From the NCBI GenBank assembly GCA_965140445.1, contig OZ223236.1:4096001-4160000 (forward strand): a stretch of 64,000 bases of DNA. Reading direction: 5' to 3'. The stretch's first letter is position 1, and each line of letters opens with the position of its first letter. This DNA is from Candidatus Ozemobacteraceae bacterium (GTDB lineage Bacteria; Muiribacteriota; Ozemobacteria; Ozemobacterales; Ozemobacteraceae). This document shows, one piece after another, positions 36,438 through 46,461 of the stretch. A program made the position numbers and the translations under genes. The notes under the pieces were generated by a model that saw only the letters and a program-made list of their open reading frames with translations, did not search any database and was not told the DNA's origin.

Positions 36438-36776
36438 CTATTCTTCGTCATCTATTCCCAATAAAAGAAAATGGTTCAAAATAATTCTTATACCTATCAC
36501 AGCGGCTAATTGTCCGATGTCATTCCAGGACGGTGCCAAAGTTGTTTTTAAAATACTTGCTCCGATTAAAAGAGCTAATGCAAGCGAAAATGAGTGCCCA
36601 ATTTCCAGGCGACTTTCAACAATGGCCTTTCTGGCTCTGTGTTTTGTGAAAATGTCCTTTATGTAAATTAGAGAAGCTTTGAAAACTCCGATGCATATAA
36701 CCACAATGGCTAAAGCCTGGCAAAGCATTGCACAAATAGAATTTAAATCATTTAGTAATGCACGAATACTTTCCAC
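36438..36776 (-). CDS. DUF1622 family membrane protein
   Basis: RLEIGHSFSLAL...ILKTTLAPSWNDIGQLAAVIGIRIILNHFL. Confidence 0.85.
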   Translation of the reverse strand: MESIRALLNDLNSICAMLCQALAIVVICIGVFKASLIYIKDIFTKHRARKAIVESRLEIGHSFSLALALLIGASILKTTLAPSWNDIGQLAAVIGIRIILNHFLLLGIDDEE

Positions 36777-36849
36777 AACACCTCTCCCTTATTTTTCAAT
36801 AATACAATCGAAAACCCCAGTTTTTCTAACGCTTTTACTCAAAACTCTT

Positions 36850-37422
36850 TTAAGAAATTTCTATATCAAACTTATACAAAAGACCAACTACTTCGGGAAG
36901 GGAAAACTTTGCCTTCTTAATCCTGTTTATTCCAGGATCAATAGAATAATTTCTGGCACTGACCAGATTAGCTTTTTGCAGATTGGTATTTTCAAAAATG
37001 GCACCACTTAAATCACAATCAGCAAAAACAGATTCAAACAAATTCGTATTTCTGAAATCCACCTCATGCAAGCTTGAATTATAAAATTTAGTCCCCTTCA
37101 TTCCTAATTTAAAAAATGAGCACAAATTCAAAATACAATCCTCGAAAGTTGCTGAAAAAAGGAGGCTATTACAGTTTTCGAAGTTTACTCCTAACAGTTT
37201 GCAATTCTTAAATTTAGCATCTTTAATAATTAATTGATCTACCTTGGCTAAAGAAAAATTACATCCATCAAAAGCGCATTCAATAAAACTTACACCATCC
37301 AGGTTTAAACTAGAAAAATTACAATTTTTAAACTTGCAACCATCATATTCACCGCTTTCAAGTTGAACCTGAGTAAAATCTACTTTTTCAAAGATTTCAT
37401 TTTCAAAAAAATTTTGCTGCAA
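36850..37422 (-). CDS. Pentapeptide repeat protein
   Basis: Continuous 5-residue periodicity (CKFKN CNFSS...CDLSG AIFEN TNLQK ANL). Confidence 0.92.
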   Translation of the reverse strand: MQQNFFENEIFEKVDFTQVQLESGEYDGCKFKNCNFSSLNLDGVSFIECAFDGCNFSLAKVDQLIIKDAKFKNCKLLGVNFENCNSLLFSATFEDCILNLCSFFKLGMKGTKFYNSSLHEVDFRNTNLFESVFADCDLSGAIFENTNLQKANLVSARNYSIDPGINRIKKAKFSLPEVVGLLYKFDIEIS

Positions 37423-37479
37423 CTTATTTTCCCCCTAAGGCTCTGTTACAAGATTTAACTACAACAAATACTGAAAAAT

Positions 37480-39150
37480 TTACTTGGTGCGTAAAGCTAC
37501 AACCCCAACAAAATCGTCTCCAGGAGGATTTTGAATAAAACCTTCGCATCTTTCGACCATCATCTTGGCGGCGTAGCTGCTTTCTTCCTGGTCGAGGAGG
37601 TCTTTAAAAATCTTTAGAGCTGATTCCCATTGTTTAGCCATATATAATTCCATTGCTTCATTGTGGCGATTTACCTGCTCAAGAACGTTATTTTCTGTAA
37701 ATTCAATTTCAGACAACAATTCGTAAATTCTTACGCCGCAGGTTTTCCCCTTAACAATAACAACGTCAATAAATCTGGCCGCCATGACCTCTTTTACGCT
37801 TTCGTAAGTAGACTCACTGATAAGAATTCCAGTGTGATAAAGTTTATTTATGCTTTCAAGCCTGGCAGCAAGATTCACACTGTCGCCCACCGCCGTGTAA
37901 CTCATTCGCTTATCGTAACCAATATTTCCAACCAAAGCTTCGCCTGTATTAATACCCATTCTTGTGAAAAAAGTTGGAATACCTTTTTCAGAAAGTATTT
38001 TGTTAATTTTAACTTCTTTTTTCCTACAGGCAAGCGCTGTCCTACAAGCGGCCAATGGATGGTCCGGAAAATCATGAGGAGCTCCCCAAAGTGCCATAAT
38101 CGCATCCCCAATATATTTATCAACAATTCCGCCGTTATCCATCACCGCTTGAGTCATATCACCAAAATATATTCCAATTGATTCTGCAAGTTTTTCTGGG
38201 GAAATCTGTTCTGCGATAGTTGTAAATCCACGAATATCGGTAAACAAAATGGAAATTTTCCTATTTTCCACTTCCAGAGAAGCTTCCTTTTTTAACTTTA
38301 TCAAGTCTGAAACAAGCGCTGTGGGAACATACTTCTGGAATGAGCGCAAACCGATTTTCATACTTTCCAAAGCATCTGTCATCTCTCTAATTTCATGGAT
38401 CACAGAAGTTGATTTAAAATCAGTGTCGAGATTAAATTTTTGAATCTCACCCATATCAGCGGTTACCTGACTTATAGGGCGAGAAATTTTTCTGGAGACA
38501 ATTAAACTTAGAAAAACAGCAACAATTGTTACCAGAAGACTGGTAGTGATAATTGCGAGGATATTATTCAACTGGTGGGTTTTTACGGTTTCCGCCATAA
38601 TATCAATCCCGAGCAGACCTTCAAAAGTTCCTGCTGAAGTATAAATTGGCGCAAATCCTGAAACAAAGGTACCCCATTCGTCGGTGAAATAATTGTTTTC
38701 TACAACTATTTTATTTTTTGTATCAAATGCCTCTTTTATGGCCGGGGTTATAAGAATTACCTTGTGACCAATTTTGGCTCTTTCCTTAATTTTGGGATCT
38801 GAATCTACGACAAAAACCGCCCCATCTTTTGAAGATTCTCTTATTGTATATACATTTTTAATATCTGGATTAATCTTACGAATGGCCTCTAATTGGGAAA
38901 AAATAGTCTTATATTCTTGCCTTTGATTATCTTCCGGAGCAACAATCTTTGCATGCAAATCACCATTAATCTGCTTGGCCCCAATCCCAACTGCCACAGA
39001 TAGTTTTTCTCTGATGGTATTTTTAATAAGATTTCTTACGTGGAGAGAACTTATTCCAGCATTTAGAAGCGTTGTGAAAATAACTGTCCCTAAAAATGCG
39101 TAAAAAAGGGTTATACGTAGCGAAACACGACTTGTTTCGAAAAATTTCAT
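37480..39150 (-). CDS. Membrane sensor class III adenylate/guanylate cyclase (Cache-like + HAMP + cyclase)
   Basis: ILFTDIRGFT, DKYIGDAIMA, RMGINTG, YTAVGDSVNLAARLE, VKGK; two TM helices around an extracytoplasmic DEWG domain. Confidence 0.93.
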   Translation of the reverse strand: MKFFETSRVSLRITLFYAFLGTVIFTTLLNAGISSLHVRNLIKNTIREKLSVAVGIGAKQINGDLHAKIVAPEDNQRQEYKTIFSQLEAIRKINPDIKNVYTIRESSKDGAVFVVDSDPKIKERAKIGHKVILITPAIKEAFDTKNKIVVENNYFTDEWGTFVSGFAPIYTSAGTFEGLLGIDIMAETVKTHQLNNILAIITTSLLVTIVAVFLSLIVSRKISRPISQVTADMGEIQKFNLDTDFKSTSVIHEIREMTDALESMKIGLRSFQKYVPTALVSDLIKLKKEASLEVENRKISILFTDIRGFTTIAEQISPEKLAESIGIYFGDMTQAVMDNGGIVDKYIGDAIMALWGAPHDFPDHPLAACRTALACRKKEVKINKILSEKGIPTFFTRMGINTGEALVGNIGYDKRMSYTAVGDSVNLAARLESINKLYHTGILISESTYESVKEVMAARFIDVVIVKGKTCGVRIYELLSEIEFTENNVLEQVNRHNEAMELYMAKQWESALKIFKDLLDQEESSYAAKMMVERCEGFIQNPPGDDFVGVVALRTK

Positions 39151-39281
39151 TCTAAATCCTCAACAAACTATTTTTTTAACGACTCAGCTTTGTTAAGATT
39201 ACCATAAAACCAATTTTTCAGATTAGAGTTCATTTTAGTTTTTCTGATTCTGTATTTGAGCGGAAAGAAAAGTATGGCATG

Positions 39282-39800
39282 TCATTTAGATAGGCTATAC
39301 AACAATATTGGTTTCGGCGGATTTTTTTCTACAGCTTGCTTAATCTCTTTTTCAAACACGAACCCGAGTTTTTGCAACAAATCAATGGACCTGGAATTGT
39401 TTGGCTGTGCAATAGCTAAAATAGTTTTAAATTCTAAAACCCCTATTCCAAACTGTATTAAAGCTTTTGCAGATTCAAAAGCATATCCAAGTCCTCTATA
39501 ATCAGGTAAAAATGCAAATCCCAAATCTGGAAAATCAAGATAATCTCTTTTTACAAATCCGCAAATTCCTATGGGCGTATTTTCTTCTTTAAGGCTTACT
39601 AAATAAAGCCCAAAACCCAATTTTTCATAACTATTTACAAAAGCTTTATCTATAAATCTTCTTGCTTGATCAATAGAGCAAATTTCTCTGTCGCCTATGA
39701 ATTTAATCCATGCCGGATCATTAACCAATTCAACTATAAATTCAGAATCCTGGAAAAACAATTCTGAAAGAAAAAGCCGCTCAGTCTCAAGAATTCTCAT
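39282..39800 (-). CDS. GNAT acetyltransferase (RimJ/RimL family)
   Basis: LETERL, DLGFAFLPDYRGLGYAFE, NSRSIDLLQKLGF. Confidence 0.92.
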   Translation of the reverse strand: MRILETERLFLSELFFQDSEFIVELVNDPAWIKFIGDREICSIDQARRFIDKAFVNSYEKLGFGLYLVSLKEENTPIGICGFVKRDYLDFPDLGFAFLPDYRGLGYAFESAKALIQFGIGVLEFKTILAIAQPNNSRSIDLLQKLGFVFEKEIKQAVEKNPPKPILLYSLSK

Positions 39801-40201
39801 AAATGCTTCTTCTTACTCCGGTAAACGAGGAAAATATCTACAAAAGAATAGACAAAAATTAGCCCCGAAAAAAACATCCAATAACTGTTGCCAGACGAAT
39901 TGAAGCTGGCTTCAAAAGCAGCGTCATCCTGCATGTCTAATGCAGCATCAAGTTGGCTGTTCATACTAGAAACATAACTCAAACCACCCATGATGGTACA
40001 AAGCAGCATAAAAACCATAATTATGGCACCTCTTTTTCTGGCACCCAATTTCCAGGTCCCGATTCCCGGCAAAAATAGATTAGCAACAATAGAAGAAACG
40101 AGGGATGCCTCATCTTCACTTTTTTCATTGTCTGGAAATTTTGGAATCTTAGTATTCTTTGAAGGATTCAAATTCTTGGATGGATATTTTTCACTATTCA
40201 T
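39797..40201 (-). CDS. Membrane protein (TM2-like PGxG motif)
   Basis: NLFLPGIGTW...RG, three hydrophobic segments. Confidence 0.7.
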   Translation of the reverse strand: MNSEKYPSKNLNPSKNTKIPKFPDNEKSEDEASLVSSIVANLFLPGIGTWKLGARKRGAIIMVFMLLCTIMGGLSYVSSMNSQLDAALDMQDDAAFEASFNSSGNSYWMFFSGLIFVYSFVDIFLVYRSKKKHL

Positions 40202-40460
40202 ATTCCCCTACCTTTTTACGACTAAATAAACATTGTTAGCTGGTGAAAAATACTTGTCCGAAATTAGTATTTTAGATCGCTAAAAAAACATAATCTGGTG
40301 ACTTACCCAATAACTATAGCAAATTATATAAATAAATTTTGCCTTACCCTAAAATAATCTTTTCCACGCAAACCCTTTGTTTAATGCATAGACTAGAAGA
40401 AACACAAAGATAAAGCCTTTATTTAATGATGCATTAGGGATTTTTTTTTTGCTCGGTACA

Positions 40461-40489
40461 TTGACGCTTTTGCATTTGATTTTTATAAT
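40461..40489 (+). promoter_or_regulatory. Near-consensus sigma70 promoter for the C39 peptidase gene
   Basis: TTGACG-17 nt-TATAAT; SD ggagg before ATG 40529. Confidence 0.75.
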
Positions 40490-40528
40490 TGTAGGAAAAT
40501 CAAGCAATTCGACCACACGGAGGTCGCC

Positions 40529-41839
40529 ATGAAAAACAATCAAAGTCTGAAAGCAGCAATAGGTTCTATAATATGTATAGCCATATTGGCCCTTGCTCTT
40601 CACTCAACAGCCAGCGCTACGGTAAAAAGCTGGGAAGATGTTGAGAAGCTAAAAATGCGCTATGAGCAGCTTTACAGGGACTATACTACCAAGCTCTCTG
40701 AAACAAATCAGGAAACCAGAAAAAAACTGGCCGATGAAGTAACTGCTGCCAAAAACCGCTATGAAGAAGCACGCAAGATGTTTTCTCTCACAGACAGAAC
40801 TAAAGAATCCATTAAAAACACTGCAACTAAAGTTAAAGATACAGTAAAAAAGGTTTTCTCAAGTGGAAATGGTTCAAAAGCTCTTGGAACATCTGAAGGA
40901 TCAGATAATGGAATAGTAGCTTCCGGAACAGGAGTTCACCTTCCAGGTTTTGACCAGATCAGTGTTAACATTGATGGCGACAATTATTGTGGTCAGTTTG
41001 CTATGACGACAGCTTTAAATGGTATGGGAATTCCAGCTGCAGGCGACACAGTATATAAAATGACAAATCCTGCCGGAATATTCACAGGCCCTTCCACAAT
41101 TGTTGAATATCTCAGAATGAGTGGTGTTGATGCATCTTCAAAGCACAATGCCTCAATTGAAGATATAATAAAGAAGCTTGATGATGGAAAACCAGTAATT
41201 ACTCTGGTAAATTCCAGTGGAAATGTGCCGCATTGGATTTGTATCACAGGTTATGATGTGGATTCCAACGGAAAAGTTAAATCTCTCTCAATGAGAGATT
41301 CTTATTGGGGAACCAAAAGCACTTTCAGCATGGAAGTTGGCGATTTCATGAAAAAATGGGAAGCACCATTAGGCAATGGATTTCTCAGTGGAGTTGCAGG
41401 TTACAAAAATCTAATGATCGACATTGCTGGAACAGCAGAAAAAGCATTTTCTCCTCCACTCTTTACAAATAACTTCTGGACAGCCACAGAAGATAATATG
41501 GCAGCAGGCATCAATGATACAGTAACCGGCTTTAAACGACTTTCTCCAACTCAATTGGCTGGAGGGGTTTTAAAACTGGGTATCGGAATTCCTGGTGCAG
41601 TTACTGGAGTTGTATCCAATGGTCTCTCTAAGGTTGGTTCTATAGCTAGCGATTGGGGAAAAACCAAATGGAATGAAGGCGGAACTTTAAACAAGGTTAT
41701 CGGTGGCGCAGCAGTGGTTGGCGGAACAGCAGCCAAAGTTGTTGGAGTTGTTGGAAAAACAGCAGCAAATGCTTTATCAACTGTTGCAAGTGTCTTTGGT
41801 AACGGTATTAAGAAACTTGGATATGTATTTGCAAGATAA
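40529..41839 (+). CDS. Exported C39-like cysteine peptidase with N-terminal helical hairpin and Gly-rich cationic C-terminal tail
   Basis: Signal peptide ending ASA; catalytic Q..NYCG, PHWICITGYD, RDSYWG; C-terminal GGAAVVGG-type tail. Confidence 0.8.
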   Translation: MKNNQSLKAAIGSIICIAILALALHSTASATVKSWEDVEKLKMRYEQLYRDYTTKLSETNQETRKKLADEVTAAKNRYEEARKMFSLTDRTKESIKNTATKVKDTVKKVFSSGNGSKALGTSEGSDNGIVASGTGVHLPGFDQISVNIDGDNYCGQFAMTTALNGMGIPAAGDTVYKMTNPAGIFTGPSTIVEYLRMSGVDASSKHNASIEDIIKKLDDGKPVITLVNSSGNVPHWICITGYDVDSNGKVKSLSMRDSYWGTKSTFSMEVGDFMKKWEAPLGNGFLSGVAGYKNLMIDIAGTAEKAFSPPLFTNNFWTATEDNMAAGINDTVTGFKRLSPTQLAGGVLKLGIGIPGAVTGVVSNGLSKVGSIASDWGKTKWNEGGTLNKVIGGAAVVGGTAAKVVGVVGKTAANALSTVASVFGNGIKKLGYVFAR

Positions 41840-41849
41840 ATAAGACGAT

Positions 41850-41880
41850 CGGGACAGCGAAAGCTGTCCCGTTTTTTTTT
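41850..41880 (+). terminator. Intrinsic terminator
   Basis: CGGGACAGC-GAAA-GCTGTCCCG-T9. Confidence 0.9.
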
Positions 41881-41889
41881 GGAGATTTT

Positions 41890-42072
41890 ATGAGTCTATT
41901 TAATAGTTTAACTGCGATGTATTTGTTATTTGCTTTTGCCTTTGAGGCTTTTTCACTAGGATTCATTGGACTGGATGAAAAGTGCAAAGGTGGAAGATTC
42001 AATTGGCTGCTATTTACACTTTTTACTGGCCCAATTGGTTTCATTGCCTACTTTCTTAAAGGAAGAAACTAA
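41890..42072 (+). CDS. 60-aa two-TM protein, PLDc_N/YxlE-like
   Basis: SD ggaga; C-terminal WLLFTLFTGPIGFIAYFLKGR fits the W..l..P.G.i.Y...GR pattern. Confidence 0.7.
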   Translation: MSLFNSLTAMYLLFAFAFEAFSLGFIGLDEKCKGGRFNWLLFTLFTGPIGFIAYFLKGRN

Positions 42073-42105
42073 CACCCTTAGCGCAACAAAAAACGGCTTA
42101 AAACA

Positions 42106-42151
42106 AACAAAATCAGGAATCAAGCTTTGCTTTTTTCCTGATTTTGTTGTT
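42106..42151 (+). terminator. Probable terminator hairpin
   Basis: AACAAAATCAGGAA...TTCCTGATTTTGTT inverted repeat. Confidence 0.6.
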
Positions 42152-42206
42152 GCTAGCGATTCTTAAATTGTCTACCATTCATAAAGATATAAAACGGAGG
42201 CAAGGA

Positions 42207-44618
42207 ATTAGTAAAAGAAAAGTTCTCTTTATTTTGCTTTTTGCAGTTATGACAACTTTCACCCCAAGAATAATGGCAGGAACTATGTATAAACAACCAG
42301 AACAAAGAATTATTGATATTGTAGACGCCCCTAATCCACCTCAACTCTCTGTTAGTCCACAGGGCAAAACAGCAATACTTGTTGAATATAGTTTTCATCT
42401 TGATCTTGAAGATCTTGGGGAGCCTTGGGTTGGTCTGGCAGGAGTAAGAATCTTAACCAGATATAACATTGAAAAAAGACGCTACTTTGTAAAAAAAATG
42501 TATATTCTGGACATGGAAACTGGTAAGAAAAAAGAGCTTCAAATGCCTGAAAAGAGCCGGTTTGGATTCCCAAATTGGACCAGTAACGGCAAAAAAATAA
42601 TTGCCGCAAACTATAAAATTGGCGGTTCTGAGTTATGGGTATTTGACCCTGAAACTGGATCTGGAAAAGCAATAACTCCAGCGCGATTGAACCCGGTTTT
42701 AATGAACCCTTTTTATATTTTTGCTGATTCCGAAACCATGATTGTACCTTTATATCCTGAAAATCGCGGTAAAGCTCTAGAGAAGGACTTGATCCCGGAA
42801 GGACCGGAAATACAGGAAACAACAGGATCTGTTTCCAAGGTGCGAACATATCAAGATTTGCTCCGCAACTCTTATGATGAAAAACTATTTGAATACTATG
42901 CAACTTCAGAATTGGCGGTTGTTAATTTAAACACTGGTGAATCTAAAATACTTGGCAAACCAGATCTCTATTCTTCAATTCGTCCTTCCCACGATGGAAA
43001 ACACTTCATTGTAAAAAGGATCAAAAAGCCCTTTTCCTATACTGTTCCATATTCTCGCTTTGGATATGAGCTTGAAATCTGGAATGAAGAAGGAAAAAAT
43101 ATTAAAACAATTGTAAGTCAGCCTTTAGCAGAAGAAATTCCTATTGAGGGAGTTAGAACTGGAACTCGCCTTGCCTTCTGGCAAATGCAGTTTTCCGACA
43201 GAATACTCATTGCTGAAGCTTTAGACAATGGGGATCCAAATAAGAAAGCCGAATACAGAGACTCTATAAAAATTCTTGAAGCTCCATTTACAGGAGAGCC
43301 TAGAGAAATTGTAAAATTGCCGTTTAGATTTTATGGTCTCCATTGGCTTGAAAATAAAAATCTGGCAATCACAATGGACTACGATAGAGATAGCAGATGG
43401 TATTATCAACGTTTGATAAATCTTGATAAAACGAATGTAGCATCTGAATGTCCTGTAATATTTTCACGAAACCGATCTGATGCCTATAAAGATGAAGGCG
43501 AACCTATCTATACTGAAAAAAATGGCTACAATTATGCGATCCTTGAGGATGACAAATGGCTATATCTCGCCGGAAGTGGTGCCACTCCAGAAGGATTCAA
43601 ACCCTTTCTTAATAAATTCAATATTTATACAAAAGAAAAGATCGAGCTATTCAGATCTGATCTAAAAGCCCTGGAAGCCTTCGAAGCTTTTTATGATAGC
43701 TCTTTAAAAACAATTGTTACTTCAAAGGAAGATCCTGAACACCCCAGAAATTACTTTAAAAGAACCTTAAAAAACGGCAAACTTTCAGACCCAGTTGCAC
43801 TGACTCATTTTGAATCTCCTGCACCAGAAATTGCGGCAGTAAAAAAAGAACTGATAAAATATACCAGAAAAGATGGAATCCCACTTTCTGGAACTCTTTA
43901 TTACCCCCAAAACTATGTGCCTGGAAAGAAATATCCAACCGTTCTATGGGCTTACCCCCGGGAATACACAGACGCCAGTGTAGCAGGGCAAGTTCGCAGC
44001 GCATCTAACAAATATGCAAGGATTGCCGGATCATCGATTTTGTTCTTTGTTTTAAATGGTTATGCAGTTTTAGATAACGCGGAAATACCTGTTGTCGGGG
44101 ACCCATTAACTGCTAATGATACTTTTGTTGAACAAATTTCAGCAGGAGCAGAAGCTGCAGTAAACAAACTTGTGGAAATGGGTATCGCTGATAGAAAAAA
44201 AATAGGTGTAGCAGGACATTCCTATGGAGCATTTATGGTTGCAAACCTGCTTGCGCACACCGATTTGTTTGCAGCTGGAATTTCTCGCAGCGGAGCCTAC
44301 AACAGAACACTCACCCCATTTGGCTTTCAAGGCGAAAGACGAACCTTCTGGGAAGCTCAGGATATTTACATGAAGCTTTCGCCATTTTCAGTGGCTGATA
44401 AGATTAATGAGCCATTGCTTCTAATTCACGGAGAGAAAGACCCAAACCCAGGAACTTTTCCACTGCAGAGCAGAAGAATGTATGCAGCAATAAAAGGACA
44501 TGGCGGAACAGCCAGACTTGTGGTTCTACCTTGTGAAGGTCATGGTTATGAAGCCAGGGAATCGGTGCTACATGTTCTTTATGAAATGTTTGAATGGTTT
44601 GATAAGTATCTGAAGTAA
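42207..44618 (+). CDS. S9 prolyl oligopeptidase-family serine peptidase (glutamyl endopeptidase-like)
   Basis: GHSYGA nucleophile, RSGAYNRTLTPFGFQ, LIHGEKDPN, EGHGY. Start uncertain; ATT 42207 proposed. Confidence 0.9.
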   Translation: MSKRKVLFILLFAVMTTFTPRIMAGTMYKQPEQRIIDIVDAPNPPQLSVSPQGKTAILVEYSFHLDLEDLGEPWVGLAGVRILTRYNIEKRRYFVKKMYILDMETGKKKELQMPEKSRFGFPNWTSNGKKIIAANYKIGGSELWVFDPETGSGKAITPARLNPVLMNPFYIFADSETMIVPLYPENRGKALEKDLIPEGPEIQETTGSVSKVRTYQDLLRNSYDEKLFEYYATSELAVVNLNTGESKILGKPDLYSSIRPSHDGKHFIVKRIKKPFSYTVPYSRFGYELEIWNEEGKNIKTIVSQPLAEEIPIEGVRTGTRLAFWQMQFSDRILIAEALDNGDPNKKAEYRDSIKILEAPFTGEPREIVKLPFRFYGLHWLENKNLAITMDYDRDSRWYYQRLINLDKTNVASECPVIFSRNRSDAYKDEGEPIYTEKNGYNYAILEDDKWLYLAGSGATPEGFKPFLNKFNIYTKEKIELFRSDLKALEAFEAFYDSSLKTIVTSKEDPEHPRNYFKRTLKNGKLSDPVALTHFESPAPEIAAVKKELIKYTRKDGIPLSGTLYYPQNYVPGKKYPTVLWAYPREYTDASVAGQVRSASNKYARIAGSSILFFVLNGYAVLDNAEIPVVGDPLTANDTFVEQISAGAEAAVNKLVEMGIADRKKIGVAGHSYGAFMVANLLAHTDLFAAGISRSGAYNRTLTPFGFQGERRTFWEAQDIYMKLSPFSVADKINEPLLLIHGEKDPNPGTFPLQSRRMYAAIKGHGGTARLVVLPCEGHGYEARESVLHVLYEMFEWFDKYLK

Positions 44619-44619
44619 G

Positions 44620-44672
44620 AAAAAAAGAATATCCCCGCATATAGCAATTTAAGCTATTTGCGGGGATATTTT
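44620..44672. terminator. Bidirectional intrinsic terminator
   Basis: AATATCCCCGCA.ATAGC-loop-GCTAT.TGCGGGGATATT between convergent genes. Confidence 0.85.
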
Positions 44673-44697
44673 GTTATTAACCAGTTAATGAAAGGAA

Positions 44698-46308
44698 TTA
44701 AGGAACTCTCATCATAAGTAGCTCAATATTTGATCCTTGAGTTGATTCAACTCGAAACCTGTAACTGGTAAATGAAGATCCAGCATTCTGTCTGATTACA
44801 TAAAATGCAGAAGAATATGCTGGTAATGTAATCTGGGAAGTAGAATACCCATAAGATACTTCAGTGAAGGATAGTGGGAGATTCAAAGTAGCTGAATACT
44901 TATATTTACTGTCAATGGCAGCAAGATTGCTAATGTAGCCTCTTTGTTTTAAACCATCAACAAGAACTGCCATTGCCCAATCTCTATAAATGCCGTTCAT
45001 GCCACCACGAGAAGCAAAGTTTGCATTAATATTACTTGTTCCAAGAACGGATGCATTTACAATATTTTTAATTGAAGCTGCCCCACCCTGCTCATATAGA
45101 TATAAACCAAAAAGACCAACCTGGCCGTATTCAGAAAGATTTCTACTAAATGAAGTCAACCCAAAGCTGCTTGGAGATCCAGCCCAAAGGGTAAATCTAT
45201 TTTCCGTGGCAGAGCTGCCTCTCAGCATTCTATATCTTGCTTCGGAACTTACCGACATTCCTTCATCCAGCCACTCATGCTCCATTTGGTTAACATTGTT
45301 AAAGAAATAATGGGCGCTGTGATTGGCAAGATGCTGCATTTCATGACAGATAGTTTCCCGACTTGCTTCTTTCCATCTGTCACCAACCCAATTATTATCA
45401 GGGTCAGGGGAAAATATAGCAATCATATCTCTCTGATTACTGTTTGCATTTGTAGTTAAGTTATTAGTATTAAAAAGTCCAGCAAATCCTATTTTGCTGT
45501 ACACGGGTGAAAAAACGATAGAAACTCTACCATCATTGTCAATATCATAGGTTGGAGAATAATTCTGAGTAATTAGGGGCCAGATATGTGTTTCAAATTC
45601 GCTGGCAAAATGATCCAGATCAGCTGAAGAAATGGCACTTGTTCCGGAAATCGCACTCAAGCCAAAGTGACTTTCCTGATCCACAAAAATTTTACAATGG
45701 GCGGTAAGTCTTTCAAGTTTACAATTTTTGGTAACATATGAAACCCCAAACTGATCAGCAACAATACTCAAAGGCACAACTGAACCTACAACCTCAGCGG
45801 AATGATCTGAAGCTCTAATGGATTTTTGTAAACCAGGTATTTTCTTTGTAGCATTCAATCTGTAATCAGCACGCATTTTACTTTCAAAAGCTTTCTGATT
45901 CTGATATCTCCCGGATAAAGTTGAGTTATCAATGACTAGATTGTTGGTTCTGACTGGCGTTACAACATTTCCAAGAACATAGGATTCTGGCATTAATCTG
46001 ACCGTCTGGGCAGACCCAGATACATTTGATACGGTTAAAGCAAAACGAACCTGCTCTGAATTCACAGGAATCTCAATTGCAGTATTTTTGGCTGTTGTAG
46101 CATAATTGTACATTACCGCAGGATTTGCCAGTATTGTGGTATTTGGGGCTGTAACTGCGTCCGGAGCGTAATCTGTTCCGGAGGATACAGGGTTTGTAGA
46201 CCCTCCGCCGCCTCCGCCACAACCCGTAAGAACAAGTGCAAGCGAAATTACCAGAAACCAACCAATGGGTTTTAGAACTAACCTGTTTTTCATTTTGTTT
46301 ACCTTCAT
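44698..46308 (-). CDS. Lipoprotein zinc metallopeptidase (M30/hyicolysin-like)
   Basis: Lipobox LVLTG|C followed by poly-G; DIDNDGRV; TICHEMQHL...WLDEGMS. Confidence 0.8.
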   Translation of the reverse strand: MKVNKMKNRLVLKPIGWFLVISLALVLTGCGGGGGGSTNPVSSGTDYAPDAVTAPNTTILANPAVMYNYATTAKNTAIEIPVNSEQVRFALTVSNVSGSAQTVRLMPESYVLGNVVTPVRTNNLVIDNSTLSGRYQNQKAFESKMRADYRLNATKKIPGLQKSIRASDHSAEVVGSVVPLSIVADQFGVSYVTKNCKLERLTAHCKIFVDQESHFGLSAISGTSAISSADLDHFASEFETHIWPLITQNYSPTYDIDNDGRVSIVFSPVYSKIGFAGLFNTNNLTTNANSNQRDMIAIFSPDPDNNWVGDRWKEASRETICHEMQHLANHSAHYFFNNVNQMEHEWLDEGMSVSSEARYRMLRGSSATENRFTLWAGSPSSFGLTSFSRNLSEYGQVGLFGLYLYEQGGAASIKNIVNASVLGTSNINANFASRGGMNGIYRDWAMAVLVDGLKQRGYISNLAAIDSKYKYSATLNLPLSFTEVSYGYSTSQITLPAYSSAFYVIRQNAGSSFTSYRFRVESTQGSNIELLMMRVP

Positions 46309-46461
46309 TAATTTGTTTTCTAACCTAAAATATGTCTAAAGAATACTGAAATTTCCATATAAAAAGTGTAAAGTTTTCTAAATTCTAACCTTTTTTAGAA
46401 AAAAAATCCTCAATTAAATACGCCAATTCCTTTTACTGTTAATTGCTTGCAGCCTATAGAA

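Noticed and set aside
36850..37422. Qnr quinolone-resistance gene
   Set aside because: Generic pentapeptide repeat protein with no mobile context; specificity cannot be assigned by eye.
40202..40528. Riboswitch or ncRNA in the longest intergenic region
   Set aside because: AT-rich, with no recognisable conserved aptamer or stable structure; explained by divergent promoters.
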